Assembly: GCF_004010195.1 (NCBI RefSeq)
Contig: NC_057759.1
Location: 838,112 to 902,111, forward strand
Reading direction: 5' to 3'
Source: Chiloscyllium plagiosum
Taxonomy: Eukaryota
Length of the DNA stretch: 64,000 nucleotides
This document shows positions 49,520-62,940 of this stretch, piece after piece (within the stretch, counting starts at the first letter, position 1; the number at the start of each line of letters is the position of its first letter). A model generated the notes under the pieces. The model had not been told where the DNA came from and did not search any database. It was given only the letters and a program-made list of their open reading frames with translations. The translations under genes and the position numbers were made by a program.

Positions 49520-52500
49520 CCTTTCATTTAAATCTTCGTAAATGCATGAAGCCAATCTCTTGACCTGGAGGAACAAGTACAGTGGGTGATGAAAATTCAT
49601 CACAGTAGAAGAACGTGCTGTGCTTGTTGGTAGAATTGGACACAGGGGTACAATCAGTGACAGCCCTTTAGAACTGAGATGAGGGGAATGTTTTTTTTTC
49701 AGCCAGAGTGAGGTTAATCTGTGGAACTCATTGCTGCAGAGGGCTGCGGAAGCCAAATCATTGAGTGTATTTAAGACAAAGATAGACAGGTTCTTAATTA
49801 AACAGATCAAATGTTACAAGAGAAGGCAGGAGAAACATATCAGCTACAATCGAATTACAGAGTAGACTCAATGGGCTGAATTGCCTAATATTGCTTTGAT
49901 GTTTTGTGGACTAGCATGCATACACATCATTGTCTGCGATATCATTGTTTACATCGAGTTTAGGATTTAGAGAATGATTGTGCACTTCGGATCCCATTTC
50001 TTACTTTGTAAGTAGATGGTTTCATGGTAATTATTAACGTCACTTACAGAGTACAGAGACTTACAGTACATTATGAGGTCCTTCAACCCATAAATTCTGC
50101 ACCCTTCAAAAACAAGCCAAGTATTTCAATTGCACATTCCCAGCACTTGGCCTTGGCAACGCAAGTGCACATCTAAATCCTTCTGCAAAGTGATGTGGGT
50201 TTCAGATGCTCCGATTCATACAGTCAACAAATTCCAGATTCCCCATCATCCTCTCGGTGAAAATGACTTTCTTCACATCCCCTCGAAACTTCCTGCCTGA
50301 GTTGTTGTTTTGTAAATTTACTGAGTGATTAACATCTTCACGAGAGGGTAGAACACAAATGTACTGCAAGGATTGATTTTGGGTCCACTGGTGCTTGTCG
50401 TTTATGTAAATAATTCGAATGAGAAAAGAGATGTCACAGTTAGCAAATTTGTGGCTTTCACCAAAATTGGTGGTACAGTAGATAGTGAAGGATGTTATCT
50501 AAAATTGCAAAAAGATCTTGATCAGATGAGCCAGTAGGCCGAGAAGTGACAAATGGAGTTTAATTGAGACCAAAACAAGGTGTTGTGTTTTTGGTAACAC
50601 ACACCAGCACGGGATTTACACAATTAATGATTAAACTCTTGGGAGTGTCGTCAAACAGGGACACCTAGCAGTACAGGTACATAGTTCCTTCAAAGACATA
50701 CCTTAATTGGTCAGAGTACTGAGTGCAGGAGGTATGATGTAATGTTATAGCTGTGCAAGATACTGGTAAGGCCACTTTTAACGTACTGCATACAATTCCA
50801 GTAACTATGTTATGGAATAAACAAAAAAAATGCAAAAAAAATTTGCAAAGATGTTACCAAAACTGGAAGGTTTGAGTTATAAGTAGAGACTGGAAAGAGA
50901 GGGATTTTTTCATGAGGGCTAGAGAAGGTGAATAGCTAAGGTTCTTTTCCGTGTAGGGGAGTTTAAAACTGGAAGTCAGAAGTTTAAGGTGAGTGGTAAA
51001 AATTTAAAAAGAAACGAAACTAATGGTCATTTGTTTTCTCACAGCAGCTGGTGCATATTGTGGAAATGAGATGCAAGAGGAAGTGATAAAGGGTGTAAAA
51101 TTGCAACATTCCAAATGCATTTAGATGGTGCATAAATTGGAAAATTTGAGAACAATATGGGCCAAATGCAGGCAAATGGGACTAGTCAGTTGAAAAAACC
51201 CGGTTCTGGTGAACAGCGCCACCATCTCCAGGGCAGTTAGGAATGGGCAATTGAAACTGGACAACCTAGGATCACCCTCATCCTACGAATGAACGAGAAA
51301 ACCTCCAGAGATTTCCCAGATAGAATGTGATACAATAGCAATAGAAAGGACATTTAGTTGTTTAAAGAATAGGTTGTGTTAACTGATCTTTTTAATGACA
51401 GAAATCTTTACATTAGCTTTAAACGATAAATTATGCCCAAACTGTCAGAGAACAGTTGCAACATCAGGTTTGAGTGCAAGGAATTGATGAAAGAGAAGAG
51501 AAAATTACGATCTCAAAATGCTCAAATAAATACAATTTACTGTGAATTCTGTAAACTAAAAATTAAAACAAAACACAAAAAATGCTGGAGAACATCAGCA
51601 GGTTTGGCAGCATCCGTGAAAAGAGAGACAGATTTAATGCTTTTAGTTCGATAAGACTCTTCCTCACAACTGCGGTGAAAGCTTACCACAATGATAATTA
51701 AGTATCTGATTTAATGAGAAATTCACCATATTAAGCAAAGATTGATACATAAGCTCAGGAACATCAATCTCTATGCTCTCATTGAAAAAACGATTTCGAT
51801 TTTATTTCAGAAAGAAGTAAAGAATATTTCAACCAATCCTCATCTGAGAAAATTGACAATAAGAAAATATAATGACATGATCTTTCACAGATACTTGACA
51901 ACTTATGACTTCTGATCAGCCAGAATAGTCAATTAGATATTTATCATGTGCCACTGAAACCATTAATCAGTAAGGCCAACCTGAATGCAATGAAATTATT
52001 GATCTTGGTGTGCGTTGTGATTTGGAACATTGTCATAAAGCAATAGTCATGTTGACCAAGATACATGAGAAATTCTGTGTTGTCCTGCTTCTAATCGACC
52101 TTGGAGAGGCCTTGCACAATTGGATTGAGATAACGATCTGGGGTAAACCGTTGCAACCTAAACTGAACAGGAAATCCAAAGCCATCGTGCATCCAGGCTT
52201 GCTTTTATACCGTCAAATTTCCAAATGTAGCACACTTCTGTTTCATTATTGGTTGAAGTCCGAAATGAACAAATTAACATTGGGATTTGAGTTTAAGTCA
52301 GATACAAGTTTAGTGGGGAGCACAGAATAAAAAAGGAATGTTGGCCTTCATTTCAAATGGAATGCAATCGAAAAATGAGCAACTGTACATAACCACGCTC
52401 ATTAGACCATGGTTGAATAATAAACAAAAAGTTATATTTGGACTTGTGCCTCTTATCAAAAAGAAAAGTAGAAGTCGAAGTCAGCCAGCTAACTGAGCTA

Positions 52501-54914
52501 ACCGATTCTTCCAGTGAACATACTGCAGGTAGAATGGCGGACAGGCTAACGAAATTTCAATCGATACTAACTGTTCCCTAGTCACAGATGAGAAAGATGC
52601 ACGCAAGCACAGTAACCTGTGTGAGTGTAGCATGCATGGGGGGAGTCATGGCGAAGGAGCAGTGGTGTGTCATGTGGCTCCCGGACCATTAACAATCCCG
52701 GAGGAAGAGGGGGCCGTTAGATTCGGTGGATGGATGGAAAGGCTTTATAAAGATGTGAAGGAAGCTGCAAACGTCAATGTGATCTCCTTATGTCTCTGTT
52801 TGTCGCCATTGGCGAAGTTAAAACTGTAATTCACTGTCTCCATCTGGTTTGGGAACAATGGACGCTAGGGCACAGACACGTTGGGAATGTTTGTTGGGGA
52901 GTGGGAATGCGGTGCCGTCATGTTTTTAGGGGGCGATATTGTTCATGACTGGGAGGAATTTTCCACAAGTTGCTTAGAACGGGGATAACTTCTCCATGAA
53001 AAAAAAAAAATTGTGATTTGAGCATGGTACAAGTGGGCAGATGCACAGTCGAGAAAGTATAATGTGGATAAATTTCAGGTTTTCAACTTAGTAACATAAA
53101 CAGAAATCCAGTTTATTCTTTTCCCAACTATTAACTGGAGTAGTCATCGTGTGAAACGTTGAGATGAAGTAGAAATCTTAGCATGCATCCAAGGCAGGTT
53201 TTCAAAGTGAGTATAAGCAAAGCCCTACAAGAGAAGGAGCAGTATTGGACCTAACGTTTTGTAATGAGGCCGAGCAATTGTTTGAAATATAGTAATTTGT
53301 AGACCGCAATCAGAACTCAGTTATAATCAAGATTGTGATGGATAAGGTTGGGCATGAAATCAAAGTTCTTAACTGGTGGAAGGACAAATGTGATTTGGCC
53401 AGAGTAGACTAAATGCCAAATCTGCGGGATAGATTGAAGAAGGAAATCCGGAGAGTTCCAATGAAGCCAAATGATGGGAACAACAAATCACGTGAACCCT
53501 GTATTTGCAGGGTTGGACAAAAAGAAAATTAGTCAATTAGAAAGTACTGAAGGTTCAACACATCAGAATCTCAAGAGGAGTACCCGATGTGCAAGGAATA
53601 ACTTGAAAAGGAAATTATAGGAAAAAGGGCGCATGAATTGATTATGACAGTCAAAATAAAGGAACGTGGCAAGTTACTTTACAATTACCTTCACAGAGAT
53701 GCGCACACGCACACATTCTCTTCTAACTCATTAATTATATCGTCAACGTAAGGACCCCAACGCTCATTCCTGTCGTACACCACTGAAAAGCAGCCTCCAG
53801 TCACATAAACAGCCTTCTACCACATCCCTCTGTTTGCTGCTAATAAGCCAATTCTGGATCCAACTTGCTAAGTTACCCAGAAAGCCACGTTGTTTTTCCT
53901 TCATATCATTTGTCTTCCATTTATAACCTTGTCAGAAGCTTTGCTGAAATCCATTCCAAACACTTGGTCACCTCCTTGAAAAATTGCACCAGATTCGTTC
54001 ATCTTGCCAAGTTAACTTCGATCCCATGAGCCTCTACCATCTTTATCAGTTTCCCATATGGAACTGTGCTAATGGCCTTGTGAAATACATATAAAAGACA
54101 TGAACTGCTCTCCCCTCATCAAAACACTGGGTCACCTAGGATGTAGGTACATAATTCTAAAAGGGGGTATAGGTGGTTCTTGAGTAGATTCACATCGGGG
54201 ATGAAGAGGTAATGGAGATTTTGGAAGGTTTACAAGTGGGGAGTGGACAAATCCCCAGGTTTAGATCAGTTGGGTCCCACGCTGCTGTGAAAGATGAGGG
54301 TGCAAATTACTAGGCCTTTAACGGAGTCTCCTACATTCCTTTTATTGGATAAAGGGTAGGTGCCAAAGGACTGAGGACAGCTAACGTACTTTTACCTTTC
54401 AACAATGTGAGAAGATTATAGATCAGGAATTACAGACTAGTATGTTTACCTCAGTGGTACTATCACATCAGGGAAACGGAGGAAACCGGAGCGCCCGGAG
54501 GAAACCCATGCAGACAAGGGGAGAATGTGCAAACTCCACACAGTCAGTCGCCTGTTTAGTGCCGTGTCCCTTATTGCTTGTGATATTCGGTAATGGTGAG
54601 TATGAGATTGTGAAATAGATGATAAGTACGATTTGTAGCTCATGTTGAGGTTCTGGGTGTAGGCCTGCTCGCTGAGCTGTGAGACGTTGTGTCACACTAC
54701 TACTACTGGGATGATGTCATTTCCTGTGGTGATGCCATTTCCTGTGGTGATATTATTTCCCATTCTTTTTCTCAGAGCGTGGTAGACCTCATTTATCTCC
54801 ACTGAGAAAAAGATCAGAAAATGACATCACCACATGAAATTAAATCATCAACCTAAAGGAACCCAAACATTTAAATACAAAGCAGGAATCTGCAACAGTA
54901 TTTCGTCTGGAGGC

Positions 54915-54954
54915 CCACTGAAGATGTTACCTAGTAGGATGACGAAACGTCTGG
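54915..54954 (+). ncRNA. Minimal hammerhead ribozyme core in a Penelope pLTR
   Basis: CCA-CTGAAGA-tgttacc tagt aggatgac-GAAA-CGTC-TGG; stem I CCA/TGG, palindromic ACGT. Confidence 0.6.
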
Positions 54955-56999
54955 AAATGAACCTTCCAGCTCACCGATAAACCGACATCCATTATAAGTA
55001 ATTTGGGGATGATGCAAAAGCTGGCTGGATAGTTGATTATGAGGGTGAAGGTGTTAGGTTACAGGAAGATGTAAACAGATTGTTTAAATGGGCAGATCAG
55101 TGGCCGTTGAAATTTAAGCCTGATAAATATGTGGTGATGTATGTTCGAAGAAGGAAGTGCTCAATGAATGGCAATGCACTAGGAAGCTCAAAAGAACAGA
55201 AGGATCTTGAAATGTTTATCTATGGAATCCTGAAGTTGGCAGGACAGGTTGTAGGATGAATAACATATGGAACATTTTATGCCTTTATCAGTCATTGCAT
55301 AGATTGCAAGAGCAGGGATATCATGTCAGAGACATATATAACTTTGGTTTGGTCATAACTGGAGTACTGTGTGCAATTCTGGTCACCACATTATAGGAAG
55401 TACTTGAATGCACTGGAGAGTGTGTGAAGGGTTTTCACCAGGATATTGTACAGGTAGGATCATTCCAGTAATGAAAATATGCTGGATAAGCTCAAGTGGA
55501 AATCTTTGCAACAGAGAGGTTGAGGGGGAATCTGATAAAGGTGTGTACGATTATGGACGGCTTGGAAAGGGGGAATAGAAAACAGGTGTTTCCCTTAGTT
55601 GAAGCGTCAATGGCAAGTCAGCATAATTTTAAACTGAAAGTCGAATGGTCGACAGGGAAGATGAGGCAAACCGTTTTCAACCAGAAGGACTGTTTTGTAC
55701 TTTATGGGAATGTAGTTCAGGCGGGACTATTAAAACTTACATCGAGGAGCACTTGTGTCACAAATCTCAAGGCTATGGGCCTAGCGGGGAAATTGACGCC
55801 CATATAGGAAGCAGAAGATTTTTGGTGATACAAACTAGAGGGATTGATGTGGCCTCTTCTGTTCTGTATGATTCTATGATTCTAGTTCTCCTGAGTAAAG
55901 ACGATATGAAGTATGATTTAACACGCTGGCTCCACGCAGAGATCGACCCCTTTATCCCTAATGCCTGGTTCTTTTCTTCGCCTTGATATCCCTGTAGAAT
56001 ATTTTAGGATTCTGCTTGATTGTACCTGACAGTGTTTTCTTGTGCCTTTCTTTGTTCTCCTCATTTCTTTTGTAAGTTCCCCCTTGTGCTTTCTGTTATC
56101 CACTGGGGCCTACATTGCTTTGCTCCCATTGCACCTGTTGAAAATTTCCTAGTCTGTGCATTCAGATTCACATCAGCCTCTGAGTAAAAAAAAAATAGAT
56201 TTTCCAAATCTCCTCCAAACCTCTTGCCTTTCATGTTAAAAGTATGCCCATTTTTATTTGAACCTTCAATGAAAGTGAACAGCTGCTTCATTGTGATTAA
56301 CCAGTTTAGCTGAAATCTTTGAGAAGTGACGAGCTGTGAATAAATGTAGTCTGATGATATATTGTACTTGGATTTCAGGAAGGCATTTCACAAGGTACTA
56401 TGTTCAAAAAATAGAGGCTATTGGTTTTGTGGTAGTAAACCAGCCTGAATGGCTGGCAGGAAGCAGAAAGTATTCATTGATAGGGGCTATTTTAGATTGT
56501 CAGAATGTCACGGTTGGGGACCCACAGGGTTCTGCTGAGCCCACAACTTCTTACAGTTTGTATCAATGATTTAGTTGAAGGGAATAAACTCCTGGTGCTT
56601 ACATTTTGAGATAGTACAACGTTGGGAAGGAAATATTGTTGTTAGGAAGACTTAATTTGTTGGCATTCAGTTTGTGTTATTGTGTGAATGAAATTTTCAG
56701 GTGGATTGTAATTTAGGAAATTCAGAAGTTGTTCCTTCCAGAAAAAAAATAGGAAAAGCAATCAGGAGGACAATAGCAAACGTCGAAGCTGTAGAAGGAT
56801 TTTGCTGTTCTTGTGAGTGTGATCTGATCCACAAAACAATAGTATTTAATTACAGGAAGTAATGAAGAAGGCAAATGGAAGAAGGCTGATCATTTCTCAT
56901 GAAAGGAAGTGAACAGAAAAGAAAGGAAATCATGATTAAGTTATACCAGCATTGGTGAGAGCATATTTTCAAAAGAGTGTACATGTTTGGTCTCCATAC

Positions 57000-58650
57000 A
57001 GTCATAAAGCACAGAAACAGACCTAGACACTGTCCAACATGTCCATGCTGAGCATAATCCCAATCTTAACTAAACCCAACTACCAGCCCCTAGCCCATAT
57101 CCACGCAAAGCTTCCCCATTCATGTACTTACCTTAGTGTTTTTTAAATGTTGTAACTGTGCCCACATCCATTTTTAAAAAATTCCCAATGACGTTTTAAA
57201 TTTTCTCTCCTCTCACGTTAAAAAATATGCACCCTCGTCTTGTAGTGCCCCATCCAAAGTCATGGACACTACCAACAACCCTATTTATACCCTCAGGATT
57301 TGATAAACTTCTATTTTAACACCTCTCAACTTCCTAAGCTGCAACAAAAAATATCCCAGCCTATCCATACTTTCTTTATAACTCAAAGCTTCCATAAACA
57401 GCAACAGTCTGGTAAAACTCTTCTGAACCTTTGCTAGCTGACAAATATCCTTACCATAACAGGCTGACCAGAACTTGGTGCAATACTCAAGAAGACGCCT
57501 CATCGTTGTCCTGTGCAAACTCAATGTGATTTTCCAACTTCTGCATTCGAAAGACTGAGCAATGACGGCAAGGTACTAAATGCCTCCTTTACTACCCTCT
57601 CTATATAAGGTGCAAAGTTTTCAGAATTACGTACCTGAACGCCTAGATTCATCTGCCCTACAACATCACCCAAGACACGACTGAATTGTCTAAGCCCTGA
57701 CGCTGTTTGTTGTACCAAAATACAATCAGTCACATTTACCCAAATTGAGCTCCATCTGCCATATTGACCCATTCGATCAAGATGCCTGTGTAATCTTAGA
57801 AAGCCTTCTTCAGTGGCTTCTATGCCAGCAATGTTGCTGTCGTGTGCAAACTTACTCACCACACTTTCTATATTCTCATCCAAATTGTTTATCGAAATGA
57901 CAAACAAAAGAGGACCTGGAATCAATCCCTTTGGGACACTGCTGAAAGGCCTCCAGTCCGAAAAGCAACCTTGTACCACGATCTCCTGGAGGTAAGCCAA
58001 TTATTCACCAATTGACAAGCTCACTTTAATCCCATGCGACCTAACTTTACTAATTAGTCGACCATGTGGACTCTTGTCAGAGGCTTTACAATAGTACAAG
58101 TAAACAATATCTACTGCTTTGGGTTATCTTTTGGGTAACTTCCTTCAAAAAACGTAATCAAGTTTATGGGACATTATTTCTCTACACGAAACCAAGATAG
58201 CTGCCCTTACTCACTTTGTTTCGCTAAATGTTCGTAAATCGTATCGTTTGTAACCACCTCCCACATCTTTTGGGTAACTTCCTTCAAAAAACGTAATCAA
58301 GTTTATGGGACATTATTTCTCCACACGAAACCAAGATAGCTGCCCTTACTCACTTTGTTTCGCTAAATGTTCGTAAATCGTATCGTTTGTAACCACCTCC
58401 CACATCTTACCCATAACCGACGTCAGACTCAGAGGCCTGTAGTTTCTTGGTTTCTCCCTTGAATCCTTTTAAAACAAAGGGACACCATATACACCTTCCA
58501 GTCATCAGACACATGTAACTATAGATGGTGCATAAATTTCTGCAAGGAGCCCACAATTTCCTCACCTACCTCATACAGAATTTCGGGTTATTTTAGATCA
58601 GATCCCAGAGATTTATCAACTTCACATTCTCTTAGACCTCCAGAACTTCC
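57000..58650 (-). mobile_element. CR1 LINE fragment containing a 139-bp tandem duplication
   Basis: SKFAHDSNI and RRLLEYC remnants. Confidence 0.8.
58126..58408. repeat. 139-bp direct tandem duplication
   Basis: Units start at 58126 and 58265; one substitution seen; atctt microhomology at the junctions. Confidence 0.9.
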
Positions 58651-60079
58651 AGTTCTGTAATGTGAACGTCTTTGAGGAAGGATGGAAATTCATTAGAGTT
58701 AGTCAGTCGAAGTTTACCAGACAAATATCTGGAATGAATAAGTTGTCTTACGAGAGTCTTTGGACAGGCTGGGCTAGTGGATATGAATGTGGAAAAGTGA
58801 GGATATGGATAGATTGGCAACTTGGGCACAGAAATGGTAGATGGAGCTTAATCTGGACAAATGCGAAGTGATGCATTTTGGAGAATCAACTTCAGTGGTA
58901 AATTATACTGTGAATGGCAGAAACCCCTAGGAACATCAACATAGAGGCGTGCAGGTCCACAGTTCCCCAAAGGTGTCCAAGGGGATGAAGAAGGCATAGG
59001 GCATGGTTGCCTTCAACGGCTGGGGCTTGGAGTACAAGAGTTGGCAAACCGTGTTGCAGATCTATAAAGTGTTTTTTGAACCGCATTTGCAGTATTGTGT
59101 GCAGTTTTCGCCACCAACTACCAGAAGGACATGGAAGTTTTGGAGAGAGAGTGCAGAGGAAGTTTACCAGGATGTTGCCTCGTCTTGAGGGCATCGGCTA
59201 TGATGAAAGTTTAGAACTAGGATTGTTTTCTGGAAAGACGGCAGCTGGGTCGACACCTGATAGACGTCTACAGAATAATGAATAATACAGTAGATAATAG
59301 AGACTTTTATCCCGGGGTTGAAGTAACAATTGCAAGGGGCCATATGTTCAAGACGATGGGGGATCATTTAAGGGAGATGCACGAGGGAGGTTTTTCACGC
59401 AGAGAATTTTAAGAGCCTGAAATGCACGGTCAGAAGAGTTGGTGGAAGCAGGCATGTTGGTAACATTTAAGAGGCATCTGGGTGGTTACATGGATAGGGA
59501 GGGAATAGTGGGATTCGACAGAATAAAGGCAGAACGTTTGTCTTTTAGTTTAGTAAGGGCATGGTCATCAGCACAGGCTTCAAGGCTTGTTCCTGTGCTT
59601 TCCTTCTCTTTTTTTCTTCATACTTTTTGTTCTAATATCCTGAATTGGTTTTGACAAGATGACTCGGCATGACATTTCCTCTTGTGTGTAAATCCAACAA
59701 GGATGGTTGGATCCAAAAATGATGGTTGTTTGCTTTAGGACATGGATTTTTGTATTGATGATTGATGTGACTTTGGCTCTCTGTGCCTCAGAACGTGGTG
59801 GATACTGGGTCATTGAACATTTTTAAGGTGGAAGTGGATAGGTTCTTGTTTGGCCAGGGAATGAAAGGTTAGTGGGTGTAGCTGGGAATTCAGTATGTAA
59901 ACATATCGATCATGATCTTAATAAATGGTAAAGCAGGCATGAGGGGCTGTAGTTCATATAATTGTATGTTCATATATTTTTCATTAAACCATATGGGGAG
60001 ATATTGGTGAGATAGATTACTTTGTTTTTTTTTGATGGGGAGACTGTCACTTCCCTTATTTCTGTTCTGAATGAATTCC

Positions 60080-60480
60080 ACGGGATATTAGAAGGAAGAT
60101 TCACTGTCCGGAAAGTGCAACCTAACATTATATCAGGATTACATGGATTGGCCCAATTCAATGTGAGCTGAATCTATTTGGGTTTTGAACATGGAAGGAG
60201 AAAGAACCATTGACAGTGATGAGAACTGTTATATGTGTTGTATCTGTGCACGAGCTTTCAGCCTATTATGTGACCTCTCGAAACATAAACGGATTCACAA
60301 AGAGAAATCGTGGAAATGTGGGCATTGTGGGAATGGATTCGAATCCCCGACTGAGCTGCAATCACACTGGGGAGAAACTGTTTACGTGTTCTGAATGTGG
60401 CAAAGGATTAACTCAGAAATCCCACCTGCTGAGACACCAGCGAGTGTACACTGATGAGAGACAATTCTCCTGCTCTGTCC
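60080..60480 (+). pseudogene. C2H2 zinc-finger gene fragment (frameshifted, truncated by CR1)
   Basis: [31 protein letters not shown], then a frameshift to [29 protein letters not shown] (last His lost); CR1 sequence begins ~60480. Confidence 0.85.
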
Positions 60481-61455
60481 CCCTACTAGTGGTGTGGCAC
60501 AACGATCTGTTTTGGGACCACTACTGTTTGTCATTTTTATAAATGATTTAGACTCTGGCATAGGATTAGTAAATTTGCAGATGACACGAAAGTCGGTGGA
60601 GTAGTGCACAGTTTGGAAAAATTAACAGATTGCAGGGGGACTTCGATAAACTTCAGGATTGTGCCGAGAGTTGGTAAACGGAGTTCAATGCAGCTAAATG
60701 TGAGGTGATGCACTTTGGGAAGAATAACAGGAAGGCAGAATGCTAGGTCAATGGAAAGATTCTTGGTAGTGTGGATGTGCAAAGTGACCTTGGAGTCCAT
60801 GTACATAGATCACTGAAAGTTGTTCGTGCTGTTAGGAAGGCATACAGTGTGTTAGGTTTCATTTGTAGAAGGATTGAGATCCAGAGCTGCAATATTATGC
60901 TGCAAAAATGCAAAACGCTAGTGCATCCACGTTTGGAATATTGTGTACAATTCTGGTCGCCACATTTCGGGAAAGATGTGGAAGCGTTGGAAAAGGTGCA
61001 GAGGAGATTTACGAGGATGTTGCCTGGTCTGGAGGGAACGTCTTATGATGAAAGGCTGAGAGTCGTGGGTCTGTTCTCATTGCAAATAAAAAGGCTAAGA
61101 GGGGATTTGATAGAGACATACAAGATAATTAGATAGGGTAGACAGTGAAAATCTTTTTCCTAGAATGATGACGGCACCTTGTACAAGAGGGCATAACTAC
61201 AATTTGAGGGGTAATAGATTTAAGGCAGATGTCAGAGGCAGGTTCTTTGCTAAGATAGTGGTAAGTGTGTGGAATGCCCTACCGGTCAATGTAGTTAACT
61301 CAGCCACATTATGGAGATTTATACAATCCTTGGATGTGCACATGGATGATGATGGGATAGTGTAAGGGGACGATCTGAGAATAGTTCATGGGTCGACGCA
61401 ACATCGAAGGCCGAAAGGCCTGTACTGCACTGTATTGTTCTATGTTCTATGTTCT
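60480..61455 (+). mobile_element. CR1 LINE 3' fragment
   Basis: LEYCVQFWSPH, LEKVQRRFTRML; (TTCTATG)n tail. Confidence 0.9.
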
Positions 61456-61459
61456 ATTC

Positions 61460-62940
61460 CATGTGACCTAGACTTGCTCACAAGTTGCCCATGACGAAAC
61501 GTTTGAACACCTTACTGAAGTCCACACAGATCACGTCACCGCTCTGCCCTCATCATTCCTCTTCGTTACTTCTTCAAAAATATCAATCAAATTTGTGAGA
61601 GAGATTTCCTATGTGCAAAGCCATTTTGACTTTCTTGAATCAGTCTTTGCCTTTTCAAGGACATTTAAATCCCGTCCCTCAGGATCTCGTCCAACAATTT
61701 GTCCACCACAGATGTCAGGCGCAGTGGTCTATGGTTCCCTGGCGTTTCCTTACCATCTTTCTTAAATAGCGGCACCACGATAGCCAAACTTGAGTCTTCT
61801 GTCACTTCATCTCTGACTATCAATGATACAATTTTCATAGCAAGGAGTCCAGCAAAGACTTCCCTCACTTCCCACAAACTTCTAGCTTATACCTGATCAG
61901 ATCTGGAAATTTATCCAAATTTATATTTTATAAGACTTCCAGCTTCACCTCCTCTGTGATAATCACATTTTAAAAGATGTTGTTATTTATTTCCCCATGT
62001 TGTCTATCTTCCATATTCTTCACAGTAATCACTGATGGGAAATATTGGTTTGGTATCTCCTGCAGTTCCACACATCGGCAACCTTGCTGATCTTTAAGGT
62101 ACCCTATTCTCTGTTTTGTTACTCTTTGTCCTTGGAGACTTCATAGATTGTCATTCGATTCTCTTAACTCAATTTGCTAAAGATAACTCATGTCTCCTTT
62201 TTGGTCTCCTTATTTCCCTCTTCAGCATACTCCTACTGCCTCGATACTCTTCTAAGGAGTCATTTGAGCCCAGATATGTATACCTGACAGATGCTTATTT
62301 CTTCTTTCTTGACCAGAACCTCAATTTCTCTCGTCATCCAGCATTCCCCACACCTACCATCCTTGCCTTTCACTGCAACAGGAACATATTGTCTCTGGAC
62401 TCTCCATCTCTTTTGAAATATTCTAACTTTCCATCTATCCCTTCACCTTAAAACGTCTGCTCCCAGTCAACTTTTAAAATTCCATACCTAATATTGTCAA
62501 AATTTGTCTTCATCAAATTTAGAGCTTTAACTTTTGGATAGTTCTATACTTTTCTTTCATTATTTTGAAACTAATAGAATTGTGCAACTGGGCACAAATT
62601 GCTAACCTACTGACGTCTCAGTCACTTGCTCTCTGTCATGCTTCCCAAGAGCAGGCCATGTTTTACACCTTCTCTAGCAGGTACGTCCACCTACTTGAAT
62701 CAGAAAACGTACTTGTATACATTTAATATATTACCAAGCCCCTAGCACTACGGTAGACCTAATCTATATTTAGAAGGCCTAAATCTCCCACTATAACCGT
62801 TCTATTATTCTGATAGATAACTGAGATATCCTTACAATTTTGTTTCTCAATTTCCCACTGATTATTAGGTGTCTATAGTGCAATCCAAACAAGGTGATCA
62901 TCCCTTTCTTATTACTCCATTCCACCGAAATAATGTCCTT
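61460..62940 (-). mobile_element. CR1 LINE ORF2 fragment
   Basis: VVPLFKKDGKETPGNHRPLRLTSVV; similar to 3500-4870. Confidence 0.8.
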
